Assembly: GCA_025786725.1 (NCBI GenBank)
Contig: JAHLTZ010000002.1
Location: 868,001-932,000, forward strand
Direction of reading: 5' to 3'
Length of the DNA: 64,000 nucleotides
Source: Syncephalis fuscata S228
Taxonomy: Eukaryota > Fungi > Zoopagomycota
The position numbers and the translations under genes are program-made. The notes below the pieces were generated by a model. The model was not told the DNA's origin, made no database searches, and worked only from the letters and a program-made list of their open reading frames with translations. Shown piece by piece: positions 43,453 through 60,775 of the stretch (positions are counted from its first letter, which is position 1; each line of letters begins with the position of its first letter).

Positions 43453-45362
43453 TTAATCAAGTAGCGAGTTTCGGTAAACTCTGGCCATTTTGGTGATGTG
43501 CCTCGTTAATCGACGATACGGGGGATTTTCTTCAACGATGGTTTCGCATCCAATTGTAGTCATGCCGCCAAATGGCATATGATTCTTAACCGTTTTATCA
43601 AGTTTAGGCCAGCGAATGCCAAGTGCCGCTAGAAATACAAGTGCGCGAATGAGGTAGGCTGTGTCGTACATGCCATCGATCGTGGCAAACTGTTGAAGGG
43701 ATGATAGTGTTTCGTTCTTTAAAATTATTATAAACCATATTCCAAATATTAAATAAGTGATACAGCCAAATGCAGAAAAACATGCTAGCTAATGATATAT
43801 AATGTTTAGTGCCTAAATTATATATTTCAGCTGTTGTTTACCTGAATAAAACGAAAATAGCCTTCGGGATGTTTCTTTAGTTTGTGTGCACTACGTCCAA
43901 ACCATATTGCTATTGCACCATATATTGTTATGCGTTTATTCGTTGACACGGTTCAATTACTTACTGAATCCGCCGAAAATAAGAACATCCATAAAGTACG
44001 CCAGATGTATCATATACAATAGCACATATACAAAGTCAACCTTGCTTGCACTCCATAGGTAGCTAGTGTCGTAGGAGGTTAGTCTGCATATGAATAGAGC
44101 AATTTGCATTGCCAAGTCCAAAATAATCATTATTCGAAGAAACAGAATAGATTTTTTTGAAAACATATTTCTTCCAACAATTGACCTAAATAATTATTAG
44201 TACTGCTATTTCTGTTTTTTTTTGCTTATATGTTTAAAGTTGGTTCATTACATACCAGTGCCAAAGTATCAATTCAAAGGGCAGCTTTGATAAAGTGCTA
44301 TAGATTGCACTTTGATTGGAAAAGACTTCAGTCATACTAATTAAATGCATCGAAAATACTAAATTTGAAATTCAATTAATACGTATTAATAAGCGTGTTA
44401 CATTTACATACATATGCAATATACGATAGTAATAATAAATGATAATAAAAGAAGATCTGAATACAGTTTCTTCAGCTTGATCAGCATCAAAGTACGTGCA
44501 CATGCATAGCTAAAAGCTATAAGCAACTGCGAAAATAGAATTAGCAATAGTTATACGATAGCAGAGCTACATACCAGTGAAAAGTATAACCATTTGTAGG
44601 CAATGAAGCCAGAAGATAAAAATAAATCATTCCATTCGCCGGGTTCTATTCAAATGGTCTAATGCTTAGTAAAACTATAATTTGTATTCAAATCCTCAGA
44701 TACCTTGTTCGGCAACATAGTAAATGGCGCTTTGATTGTTGAGCAGTAGATTTTTAATAATCTCACTATTATCAGAATTGATGGTAGTGACAGTCATGGA
44801 TGGAGGTCTAACAGGATCTACAAATACTTGATCCTTAATGTATGAAACCATTTCGGCATCCCATAAACCATGTAAATCGATATAGTCGAGCAAAATCAAA
44901 AGTCGGATAGGCGGGAATCCAGCGTGCGACAATTGCTGCGTCATATTGTTGATGGCTCTAACAGCCTACAAGAAACGTCAATACAGTGCTGCTACTAACA
45001 AACAGACCTACCTGCTCTTTAGTCTCACAATTGGCTTTTTTCATACTATAGTAGTTGAGAATTAAAGCCGAGTCTGGATAAGCAGAAGCTATTTTTGCTT
45101 GTTTCTGGATATTTGGACTGAATGTACGAAAAGGTTTAACGATACAGGCACCGTAAGATGCCTCATTTTCAAACCTTCCAGCAACAGCAATGCCATCATA
45201 TCTATAATATGGCACTCTATCGAGAAAATAGTCTGAGGTAGGATAGGATGTTTCCGTATTGTTATCTCCTATTACGGTAATTTTTGCATTGGCAATATTA
45301 AGCTGAACAAACAAATAAATACATACAATTAATACTAAGCGATTAAAATTGAATTGATACAT
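43453..45362 (-). CDS. Uncharacterised signal peptide + ectodomain + 7-transmembrane receptor-like protein (paralog B), multi-exon
   Basis: Shares YPTSDYFLDR, HAGFPPIRLLI, EPGEWN, IFGGFS-IWFG and DTAYLIRALVFLAALGIRWP with paralog A; matching intron positions. Confidence 0.75.
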
Positions 45363-46665
45363 AGTGTATAATGAAAGAAAATGAAATAATGCAAAAACGG
45401 TTGAAATAGTCAATGGCCTTAATAAAAGAAACCATGCCTTGTATCCGCATGATTAATAACCGGTTTAATCAACCAGTGTGTTCCATGCGTTACGCATTCA
45501 GTGCATTAAGCATATGTTCGGTAGTAAACGATCACATGGCGTTTTGATGCTGAGGGCATTGAACTGTGCAGACATGCGTGCTTTCACATGGATTTTCAAC
45601 ACATGCGCCATTTAAGTTACAGAGACTTTCTGAAATTAAGCACAAACATTCCAACGCTGGTCATTGCAATTGCTTTTGCCACAGCTTAAAGTTTATCAAA
45701 TCAGGATTTGTTAAACTGTAATATGGTTGGTTATTACCTGGATTTGACTCAATGTGAGTGCTGCGCTCTAGGCTTGATACTATTTTTGCCACATTTTCTA
45801 TTTCTACTGGATACACACAGGTAAGTTAAGGCCTCAAAGTTTTTTTATTTTTTAAATATTGTTTTATACATTTGTTAGTATAGAATGCGATACTTTATAA
45901 TATACTGCAACTTTTATGAGCAGCATATATCATGGCACTGTTGCCTCATTCAATCATAAGTCAGTATATGGTGCAATGACGACGCCGCCATTGCGAGAGC
46001 GGTATAATCATTTTATATTTCATAAATCCAATAAATAAACATAGCATTTAGAAAGAATTACTTTATGCTGTGCTTTGAATAAAGGTATGTTGCGTTTAAA
46101 TCCATTTACAAATGCGATTTGTGACTTAGTATCATGCTTTTAAAAGTATTTTAAAAAACATTCGTTTCCTCATTGTTAATAAACCGCTCCCTATTGGAAT
46201 GGCATTTTTAAAGCTGATAAACTATAATTTACATTCGCCTTTCTTTTCAATGACATGACTATTTATAAAATTTATTAATATAGACATTGATAAACAATAG
46301 TATGCTTACTTTTAATATTTATGTAAGCAAACCATACCAGTTTCTTTATAGCGCTGAGATATAGTCATATTTTATATTATATAAAACAATACAAACTTGT
46401 GTTTTCTGCAACTAATCGTAATATACAGGGCATATTTTCATAATATTTTTTTATTTGTTTTAGTTTCTTATACACTATGGAGTAATACTTTTGACATGTT
46501 ATTGTCGTGATTAGACTATTATTACAAAAGATATGACGCATCTAAGGGTTACACAATATAAATATTCAAAATACACTTCTAACATGTGTCCATTATAAGT
46601 AGGAGTATATTATCTATTAATAAACTATTGACTGTAAAAGCCAATAAGGGTTTATTGTTCGTCAA

Positions 46666-47198
46666 TTATTTTTGGTTTGGAATGATAACGCATTGATATC
46701 CATTTTCGAGGGTAAACGTATCGATGAGTTTAGGAGATTTAGTAATCTTGGTTCTTTGCTGTTTTTAGTAATAATTGTTAGTTTCGTATGTCTATTGTTA
46801 TAAAAATACTTGCCAGATAATTTAAATAGAACTCCTCGCGTGTCTTTGTGGGTGGTCGACACCCAACTGTAACTTTAGCTCCCATTAAAAATTCAAATCC
46901 CTTTGGAGCTTGCTTGTTAGCCATAATTGAAGCCATATATTTCATATCATCAGAAGTCATTTCCATGCCGTTAAACCTGATACCGCGTTGGGTGAATGGA
47001 CTAGCTGGATCATTATTTTGATACCCCATGAATGCTGTATGATTAATAGTGTTAGTAAAATAAAACAAATAACTTGAGTAAATACTTACAAAGAAAATCC
47101 ATCGGATCGTCCATGGGCTGACTAACTGCGGGCTGGGTGGCCGATACTAGCATGAGTGCAGTAGCAGTGATAGCAAGAATGGATTTCATCGTAAACAT
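46666..47198 (-). CDS. Small secreted protein of unknown function (3 exons, GC-AG second intron)
   Basis: Signal peptide MFTMKSILAITATALMLVSA and an upstream TATAAATA (~47311-47318). GT-AG intron near 47089. A 55-nt GCAAGT...CTAAC...CAG intron (46813-46759) extends the frame to ...GYQCVIIPNQK*. Confidence 0.72.
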
Positions 47199-49626
47199 GG
47201 CTATGATAAAGTTCAGTTGTTGAGTAAAAGACTGTGCTTTCTAAGAGAATATGCGTAAAGAAAAGGTAGTATGTGATGGTTAGCCAAACAAGTATGCTAA
47301 AAAATGCAGGTATTTATAGTAAAATACACCATATAACAGTCGATGTATTTACTATGGCGTTGAACAAATACAGTATACACATGTCTGAGTTGAAGCTATA
47401 AAAGCAGCTCATGGAAATAAATTGAAATCAGCAACCTCCGTTATTCAAATACGGAGTTTGAAAATATAAATGTTTCAGAGTAGCATTTTACTTCCATGTA
47501 TGTATATACTAGATAGTACAAAATAAGCAAGATGCAATTCAATGCAGTAATGCCATTTTTATGTGACTGTTATCTCAAATACCGATATCAAAAAAATTAT
47601 GCAAAAAACTTTTTTAGATGTTGTGAATCGAGGCTATCTTTTTTGGAGCTATTAATTGATACTCAGATAGAGATGCTGTAGATCTAAACACAGATTCTGA
47701 TAACATGCATTGTGGCTAATTAGAGAGTATGTAACTTTTAAAACAAGACAAATGATTGTGATTATGATAGTTAGTAGTTTTGAGTTGTATCATTTAGTAA
47801 TAGATTATCATTTGATTCAAATATCAGTATATACATAAAGTATGATGCATGAGTTTAGACATTATAGTATTAAGAGTTATAAGCCTTGCTTTAAAAGAAT
47901 AATAAAATTAAATAATGCCGAATTGACGGCTCATTTGATAATATTATACTCTGACACGCAAAAAGATTTTGCTTAAACTAGAAGGCTTAGAATGGCAATG
48001 GCCATGCTTAAGGAAATGGTTTGTTACGGAATTGGTTTGAGTTTACAATTTCAGTTTTATTCCTAAGCTTATTTTTAGTAAAACATTTTGCTTTTGCATT
48101 TTTGCGGTCACCATATACAAATCTTAATGGAAATACTATTTTTACATTCTATAGAATATTCTGTATACTACAAATGTGTTAAATATTAAAATGGCGCATA
48201 ATTGAATATACTAATATAGCCTAAGACTGGTTTACTACATATCAAACTCGATACAGTCAGCTTGTCAGTTTGAGCATTTTGTTTTTTTTTTTGTCAGTTT
48301 TGTAGTCTATTTTGTTCTAGCTAAGCATGCCGATTTAGCCAAATTCCTAACAATTTAACGATTAGATTTGCATATTAGTTCACACAGTAAATCACTGTCC
48401 ATTGGTTGCTTGTTAGGTATTGCAGGTCAATCGGCGTACATAACTATAAATAATAGAATAGCTAGTTTGATGCGCCATACATAATATTTTATTAATAAAA
48501 TATTCATTACCAATTGCATATATTTCATTAGTTGATTTTACTCCAATCCATGTTTTCTACGGTATTCTGATGCTCTTGTAAAACGTGGATGCATTGTGCA
48601 ATAGTTTATAAAGTTGATTGTTTGTACAAAACTACTTTATCATGCTATTTACAGCCTAATATTACCTAACTATTGATGCATGTGTAGGATTGTATGGCTA
48701 ATATATATATATATAACTAGTGTCGATCGTTTGTAAGATTAAGTATACAAATAGTTTATAAAAATAAAGCACAGTAAATACAGAAATCTTTGATAAACAA
48801 TGATATAACTACAAAGCCATATATAATCAGTTTTAATTGATGTGCATTCTAGTGGCGCTGTAATTTCTTACTTTAGATGGCATTATAATAAAATAACCTG
48901 TTTATACGAATACAACTTTAATTCATAAATGTGGTACAGGGGTGAATGCTGGTTATATGGTAGAATTGCAATGGTGATATTACAATTGCTTATTGTAGTC
49001 TATTATCAATCTTAATTTAAATATTTGCTTGCGTAAAAAAGGTGTTATAACATTAAATTATTACGACTACAAAAGCATCATTATAATAGTCATGTAATTC
49101 AATTAATCCCATATATACTTTTATTCAAAATCTGGTACTATTTAAGTTATTGCCATTAAATATACATATTACTAGTAGATATTGATTTTAACATTTTTTG
49201 TATAATGTTGTGTCTAAAATTACTCATTGCTATTAGTGTATTTAATACATACTGTTTTATTTTCTATTTATACTGGATATTTAACTTAAACATCCATCTA
49301 TCTATAATTGAATAAAACTCTTACATAACTTATTGACACCAATAGAGTTGTCACATCGCATAATTTAACTTCTAAAAGTTAATATATGGTGTAATGGCTG
49401 TGGCATCCAAGTGGAAATAATACATTAATAGTAAATCGCTAAACAGTTGTATTTTATTTTTCACTTGCTTCAATAATATTGTTTGACGATTTATTCTTGC
49501 TAAATTCTTTTTCTTAGATTCCAATCTATTTTGTGCGTTTTGAACATATGCTAGCGTGCATAAGGTTTTTGTCTAACACTTTATTCTAGTAATTGACAGC
49601 GTGTACCCGTGCAGTAACTGTGTCGC

Positions 49627-52600
49627 ATGTGGTCGGCGACAAGACAATGTCGCCTGGCGATCCTAGCCAGTACGCATTATGGCGGCAAAGTACAGCGCTT
49701 AGGCTGTAGTCGGTCAACTAAGCTAATGAATGCAGCACGCAATAGCTGCATTAGTCGTTCACTATCAGCTCAGTATTATCATAAAAGCAATGCAGCGGCG
49801 CAAACAACCACTGCGGCATCTACTGCTCCATTAAGCCCTGTAGATATTGGCGCAATGACGGGTATTAGCTTTAAATGATATATTAAAATTAACGTATTAA
49901 CGCGATCAATAGAGCGTAGAATGAACAAACTTGGTGTACAAATGCTAACACCCACCTTATGGACACAGCTATTTGGACGGGAGGGTCGCTTGGCTGAGGA
50001 ATTAGGCGCAGAAGAGCTTGAAATTGCAAAAGCACATTTGCAACAACAAGGCATTTGGGGAAAACTAGGAGAGCCGGTTGAGGATACACCATTTTCATTG
50101 CCATCTCTACATGGTAAAAATATTGAAGAACATATATCTAATATTGGCAGTCAAATGGCACAACCTTATTTACAAATGGCCAAGACATTTGCTGAAAATA
50201 TAAAAATACCAGATCGACCAGATCGATGGCTATTTAATTCAGGCTGGACGCGATATACACCCGATGGACGAGCAGAGCCTGTGCCATGGCCCACCGAAAA
50301 TGTATTGGTATTTGATGTTGAGACATTGCCACGAGAAAGCCCGCATGCAGTGCTGGCCTGTGCTGCCTCCTCGAAGGCATGGTATGGATGGTTATCGCCA
50401 TGGCTAACAAATGAATCCACCTCAAGTGAGCATTTGATTCCAATGGGAGGTGGGCCCGACAAGAAGGAGCGTGTCATCATTGGACATCATGTAGGCTATG
50501 ATCGCGCGCGTGTACTTGATGACTATAACCTACAAGCATCAAACATCGGCTACATAGACACATTGAGTCTGCACGTAGCTGTAAGTGGTCTATGTACACG
50601 ACAACGTTCTGGCTGGTTGAAATTCTCTAAAGCTGTTGATCAAGGTGATTACGAATATTTAAAAGAACACCATGAATCAATGAAGTACTTTGACGTTAGT
50701 TCTGTGAATAGTTTACGTGAAGTAGCACGATTTCATTGTCAAATTGAACTGAAAAAAGAGCTACGCGATATATTTACAGAGGGTGCACTTTATGACGTAC
50801 AATCCAACTTTCAGCATTTAATGCACTATTGCGCACTTGATGTCAAAGCAACACACGGTATTTATTGCGTTGTATTTCCTAAATTTCTAAAGAAATGTCC
50901 ACATCCCGTTGCATTTTTTGGTATGCTGCAAATGGGCAGCTCATTTCTTACCGTTAATGAAGGCTGGCCGCAGTATATTGCTCGATCCGAGTGTACTTAC
51001 CAGCAACGTTCAAAGCGCGTTGAAAGTAAATTAAGAGAGCTGGCACAAACAGCATTGGAAGAAGCAAATCCTTTATTAGATCCTTGGCTGCGCCAACTTG
51101 ATTGGAAAAAAGCCGAGTTGCGTATGACTAAGCCAAAGTATCTTAAAAATGGCAACTATGCGAAAAATGGTGAGCCGCGTCCAGTAGCACGACAATTTAT
51201 GCCTGGATATCCCCAATGGTATCGTGATTTGTGCGATAGAACGACAAAGCTGCCCAAACTAAGTACAAGAGCAAGAATTGCGCCACTGCTTCTTAAGCTG
51301 AAATGGAATGGCTTTCCATTGTATTATAGTCAACTGCATGGATGGACATTTAGAGTGCCACGCGATGCCGATTTCACCACCAAATCTAAGCCATTAAACT
51401 TTCCACGTAAACCACTTGAAGATGGAGTAGCTAATCCTAGTCTAGAAACATCGGATCTTGTAGATCTACTTCCTTCTGATCAGGATCCAGAAGATATCGA
51501 GCTGCTTAATGCCGAATACGAACCTATTCCGGCCGAGGATCTTGACGGCATTTACTATCGAATTCCGCATAAAGATGGCGATGCGGCACGATGCGGTAAT
51601 CCATTGGCTAAAAATTACATTAGTGCATTTGAAGATGGCATACTTACATCCGAGTATCCATTGGCGCGAGAAGCATTAGCAATGAATGCATCATGTTCCT
51701 ACTGGATCAGTGCACGTGAACGAGTTCGTTCTCAGTTTGTAGTTTGGGACGATACAACTGATGCCACAGCTATTAAAAGCAATGTTGAGCATCTTACAGC
51801 AAAGCTAGGCTATGCCAGCGTGGCCAAATTCGATACGGAAGACAGTAGCTCAATCGGATTGGATGAAAAGATACTGACTGTTCCTCAAGTACGGCCTACC
51901 GCCGGTGTTCATTTGGGTGTGCCTTCTCGCGGACCAGGCACAGGCAATGGCATGATTTTGCCACAAATTAATACGATGGGTACAATTACTCGTCGAGCAG
52001 TTGAACCAACTTGGATGACCGCCAGTAATGCAAAGAAGAACCGTATTGGATCGGAACTGAAATCGACCATCCGTGCACCGCCCGGCTATCGAATTATTGG
52101 TGCCGATGTCGACTCGGAAGAACTATGGATCTCTAGTCTAATTGGAGATGCACAATTCGGTGCCCATGGAGCCACGGCATTTGGTTGGATGACGCTACAA
52201 GGCACCAAGTCAGCCGGCACCGATATGCATTCCAAAACAGCGAGTATTCTTGGTATTAATCGTGACCATGCTAAGATATTTAATTATGGACGAATTTATG
52301 GTGCGGGCATTAAGTTTGCCACTCAGTTATTAATGCAATTTAATCCAAATATGGACGAGGAAACGGCACAACGACGATCGTGGGATTTATACGCGGCTAC
52401 CAAAGGTAATAAATGGCACAGCGATACGCCATTTAATCGAGGATTTTGGTTTGGTGGCAGTGAAAGTTACGTATTTAATGCCCTGGAGAGTATTGCCACG
52501 TCAGATGCACCAAAAACGCCAGTTCTAGGCTGTTCAATTACCGATGCGCTTACACCGGAATATACAGAACGACAGGTAAGTTGTTGTGTATCAACATAAG

Positions 52601-53529
52601 TGAATTACTGTATAGTTAATCTATTATAAACTAGTTTATGACATCGCGTGTTAATTGGGTCGTACAATCTTCAGGCGTTGATTATTTACATTTATTAATT
52701 ACATCAATGGCCTATTTAATACGCCGTTATAAAATTAATGCCCGATTCATGTTATCAGTTCATGACGAAATACGATATTTAGTTAAAGAAGAAGATCAAT
52801 ACCGTGCAGCTCTTGCATTACAAATTAGTAATTTATGGACACGGGCACTATTTAGCTACAAACTAAATATTAATGATTTACCTCAAGTAAGTAATTCACT
52901 ATTAATTAGTTGGCTGTTTATTAATTGTTTATTCATTTAAATAGTCGGTAGCATTCTTTTCTTGCGTTGATATAGATCATGTATTGCGCAAAGAAGTCGA
53001 TATGGACTGTGTAACACCGTCCAATCCTGATCCTATTGCTCCAGGAGAGAAAATAACCATTAATGAGCTATTAAAACTAACTAATGGAAAGATTGAGCCA
53101 GATGGAATGGCAACTGAATCAGCATTAAAAGATGTAATTAATCATATACCTCAGTCAAAGCATAGATCGACATCAATGCAAAAACGCGATCAAAACAAAC
53201 AACTTACTTATTTAAAGGCACAACAATGTGAGACAAAACCCATGGTCGTTAAATGTCTTCAAAAAGCAGGTTTATTAAAGAATAACAGTGAAACGAGCCG
53301 AGGAAATACATCTCGAACCACGAGAACTGCTAGAGCTTTAGTAACAGCAGCAGCAACAAAATCAACAGCTAACTATAAATATTCAAAATCTAATAGCACA
53401 GAAGAGGATACAACTATTTTATCAAGCGACGATGTGCCAAAGTTATCACGTTCTCGATTTGCAACACAAAATTCACGTAAATATAAAAATCGACTGGTTT
53501 CATTAGGTGATCGTATTCCCGATATTTAA
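49627..53529 (+). CDS. MIP1: Mitochondrial DNA polymerase gamma
   Basis: Basic mitochondrial presequence; exonuclease motifs VFDVET and [10 protein letters not shown]; polymerase motifs [24 protein letters not shown] and SVHDEIRY. Confidence 0.96.
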
Positions 53530-53831
53530 TAGTACTCTACACTTGCTTTGTATTTTATTAATAAATCATTATAATTTTATACTAATTATTACACATTGGT
53601 ATTACTATTAAATATCAACCATGATTAGTACGCATTATTTAATTATTATTGGACAACAACATCTGCCAATCAGATTAAACCATGTCACTCCGCTATTAGA
53701 CAAGTATCTGAGTAGTTCTATGATAAAGGTTACCCACTACTCTTTCCTATTATCACTATTATTACACCTCCCTTTACTTGCACTCTAGCGTTTATCGTCT
53801 ATTGGCAGTTTGCTTTGACCTTGAGAACTAG

Positions 53832-56654
<2,823 letters not shown>

Positions 56655-56718
56655 CTTTCTTTAATGTGAAAGCGTATATACATATCGTGGTAATAACGAT
56701 AATAAAGGCTGCAGTTTA

Positions 56719-58263
56719 TTATTTAATTTGGCATTCTTGCATTAAATTAGCAGGAATGAGCGATGACAAATGGTCAAGATAGATAGATAAAGGACAGTTT
56801 GGTGTATTACACCAAGGTAGAGTCAAAACACGGCCATTATAAATAATCCGAACAATATACTCGGATGCAGTCGACCTGTTACTATCGTTTAAGTTGGCGT
56901 TAGATTGCCATACTTCGAATAGTAGATTCGACGCCTAATGATTAATTAGTATAAATGATTAATTAATTAACTAAAAATCTTACATAAGGTGGCCAACGTA
57001 AATCTAATTCCCCCAATGAGCCAATAATTCCGTAAATTGTACTATCGTGACCAGAGAACAGTTCGAAAGTTGGCTTAAAGAGGGCTGATGAATCTGACGA
57101 TGTATTAAACGTATCGACTGCCTTAACAATTCGATCACGTAACTCACCAAGAAAGTAGCCAAGCGTTAATCGATTATATTCGGCTGCTTCAGTAGATAGT
57201 CGACCACTACGCAGTATAGCGTATGTTCTACTAACACCATCAAGTAACGCTTCTGCATCTTGATCGGTAACACAGCCATGAACACCATGGCATGGTAATG
57301 CTTTATTATGACAATAACGTGCATAGATTGGATCCATGTATTGCATTAGAAAACGATGATCATTATCATATGGCGATTGATTTGCAGTATTGAGTATTTG
57401 TTCAAGGCGATGACGTAGCGGCTGATACTGATCAATCAGTGCACGATAAGAAGTGGATGTTGTTTGCAAGTGATCAAGTAACGCAGCCGCTCGTGGACAT
57501 TCACGTACGTGGCCCCACATCGTTTCAATAGCTGTTGGGTAGACATTAAAGTTGTTAAAAAGTGAATGGCTTGTATTACGTTTTGTGGCCGGCCATAGTC
57601 CAGCAAGTAATGCAGCAGCCGAAGCTAGTGTACGTTGTGTATCTGAGCTACGAACGTAAAGGGACGCTGAAGATGCCGTTAGCTGATCAGGTAGAACGCC
57701 AAGCCCATCAATATAAATTTCACGTAGGTTTTGACCAAGTGCTTTATGTTGTTCAACGCCTTTACGCGTTAGTTGACCAACAGTACAAGTACCTGATGAC
57801 CAAATAGCTCTAGGATAAGCTTTCGATTCAGGTATAACTATACGTCGTATATAGCCGGTAGTTGACGCGAGCATTAGTGATGCATCCTCATCATTATCGG
57901 GTGTCAACATATGTGTTGCTTCTTGAGCATCAGCACACTGCCAATCAGCCTGTTCGTAAGGCAATATACCTACAACAGGAGCACGATCGCCATGACGTGT
58001 TACTAATTGGATATGTACAAGTTGGGCATTATTCTAGATATTGCTATATTATTAATTGGATTAATATACTAATGTATTAATCTTACTAATGGTTTGTACG
58101 TTGACCAAGTGGGGAAATTGGCTTGACATAACGTATAGTCAATTGAATGATTGCCCCACTGTAAATTGTCAGATATATAAACATATTCTAATTTAAATAG
58201 CGATAATAAAGGCTGCAACAATGGAGTAAACACAGCTAGCAATAATACTGCACTAATCGACAT
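56719..58263 (-). CDS. Histidine acid phosphatase (branch 2), secretory/lysosomal type
   Basis: RHGDR and GHDST catalytic motifs, GQLTRKG, VRSSDTQRT, WPPYASNLLFEVW and a hydrophobic N-terminus. Confidence 0.9.
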
Positions 58264-58431
58264 AACAATCGAATAAGTGTATGTTTGTAGTAAATAAAGC
58301 ATATTGTTCGTATCTTTATCAGCTACGTAGAAGTTGGGTGGTTAAAAGGAAAAGAAGGAAAATGAATAGTTGATAATTGATGTCATTTATTAATGGTGAT
58401 GTCATTGGCGTATCACAAATAATAACAATCA

Positions 58432-59911
58432 TTAATCAATAGTCATTACAATTTTACCACGACTTTGATTACTTTCCATGTAGCGATGTGCATCGGCTAC
58501 TTCACGCCAGGAAAATACACGGTCTACTACATGTTTTAATGTTCCATTTAAAATGTTAGGCAACACATCGGTAGCAAATAGTTCACGTAGTCGGCATTGG
58601 TATTCTGAAGATCGAGAACGGAGTGTCGTGCCTTCCAACTAACATAATCACTAATTAACCGACATTAATTTAAGCTTGTTAACCACTTACTCTTAAGCGT
58701 TTACGAAGTAGTGGAGCAATGTTAAAATCAGCTACTTTGGTGCCTATTGTATGATGGGATTATTATTAGATTTGATAAAACATACGTAATCATTCAAGCA
58801 ACATTACCTGACATAAAGGCCAATAGAACATATCGGCCATCAAGAGCAAGTGATTCAATGTTATCAACCCAGTAATCGGCACCTATCATATCAATGACAA
58901 CATTAACACCTTGGCCATCCGTCCATTCAGAAATCTATTAAATGTATAAGCTAATAAGGAATGGTAGTAATAATGTATCATTAATGTACCTTTGATCTAA
59001 ATGAGTCTGTTTTATAATTAACACCATGAGTGGCACCCAGCTCTTTACAAAATGCTATTTTCTCCTCAGAGCCACAGGTAACAATAATACGGCGCCTAAA
59101 CAGAATATAATAAGCAATAGAATGGCAATGGCTTGGTGGAAATAACATACGCTTTAGCCAATTTAGCTAATTGTATAGCAGCTATACCAACTCCACTTGC
59201 TCCACCGTGAATAAGTATATCTTGACCGGCTTGTAGTCCACCAATAAGATGGAGTGCTTGATAGGCAGTGTACCATACCTATATTATAACAGTTATAGCC
59301 AATAGTTTAGATATAATCATATTAAGGCTTACTTCAGGCATACTTGATGCCTCTTCAAATGATAAAGACTCGGGCATACTAATGGTTGCACCTTCATCAA
59401 TAACACAATACTGTACAGTAATGCAATAATGGTTAATAAGCGATATAGCTTGGCAGTGAATAACAAAACTTACTTCGGCATAGGCACCGCCAGTCATTAA
59501 GCCAAAAACACGATCTCCTGGCTTAAAGCGACTAACTATTCGTTTGTTTGTTTATTTGTTAAAATAAGTACTAGCCATTACTAATGCTGCTGTATCTAAT
59601 TACCTTGAGATCCACATGCTTCAACGATACCGGCCATTTCAACGCCTAGAATAGAACTGGCACCGGGAGGCACGGGATAAAGACCATGTCGTTGCAGTAT
59701 ATCCATACGATTCAGTGCACATGCCTTAACATGCACCAGTAGTTCGTTGTCTTTTGGTGTTGGTTTATCCGTCGAGCCGATAAACAGCTGACTAGCGTCT
59801 CCTATTAATTTATATTGATAGACGTATTCAATACAATAATAATAAATAACAATAATAATAATGCTATTTATTTTATTTATTACCTGGCTCTTTAACAAGA
59901 ACTGCTTCCAT
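58432..59911 (-). CDS. NADPH:quinone oxidoreductase (zeta-crystallin/PIG3-like MDR), multi-exon
   Basis: LNRMDILQRHGLYPVPPGASSILGVEMAG, IHGGASGVGIAAIQLA, GTTLRSRS and AHRYMESNQSRGKIV. Confidence 0.92.
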
Positions 59912-60775
59912 AGTGCTGCTGATAGTAGTAGTTGTGATAGTAGTAGTAGTAAGGAAAGGAATAGAAAAGATGGGGCATTAATTATTAATCAACTAACTGA
60001 GGGTATTTATAGAGTGACGTAGAATTGAGATGTACCTTTCTCAATATCACATATGCCGACTTTTAAAAACTATGTGATTATTTTGTTTATATTAATAAGC
60101 AGGAACTTTAACCCCCGCATTTTTATTTGCCCATTTCACTCCCCTTTTATTAATACTTTAGACACAACTAAACATTCATCCATTACTATTCCATGTGCAC
60201 TGTAACATGTATAATACTGTTATGACTGTATGATTAATTAGATTGTTGTTGATCAGTGTAAGAAAGACGCTGCCATTACCATGTTTTTATTTGATATTGT
60301 GAATAAATGTATAGTATACGTAATGCTAGTATCGACTATCTTGTATATATTAAAAAAATAGGCTATTCTTTATACAAATATTGTATTAATTAGTTAATAG
60401 CAAGATTATCCACAGTTTAAAAATGATTACAAAATACAATATTATTATTAATATAGTAAAATCGTAGAATAAACATTATAGGAATAACTAAGGTAATGCA
60501 TAATTATTGAAACATAATAAATCATTTGTTCAAACGCTACTATTGATAAAACTATATACATGTGTGTGTATGTATGTAAGTGCGTATATCGTTGGTCTAT
60601 TTCAATTGAATTACGTGTCCAATTACTGCTTATTTAAATCAACTGTAGTTAGTACAACAATGCGTGTAATATTTAGTTTATATAAAATAACTTCATACTA
60701 ACATAAATCCGTCACATTGATTAACTTTTACCAATTGTTTACACTCAATAGGCTTGTTTATTACTATAAAATATA

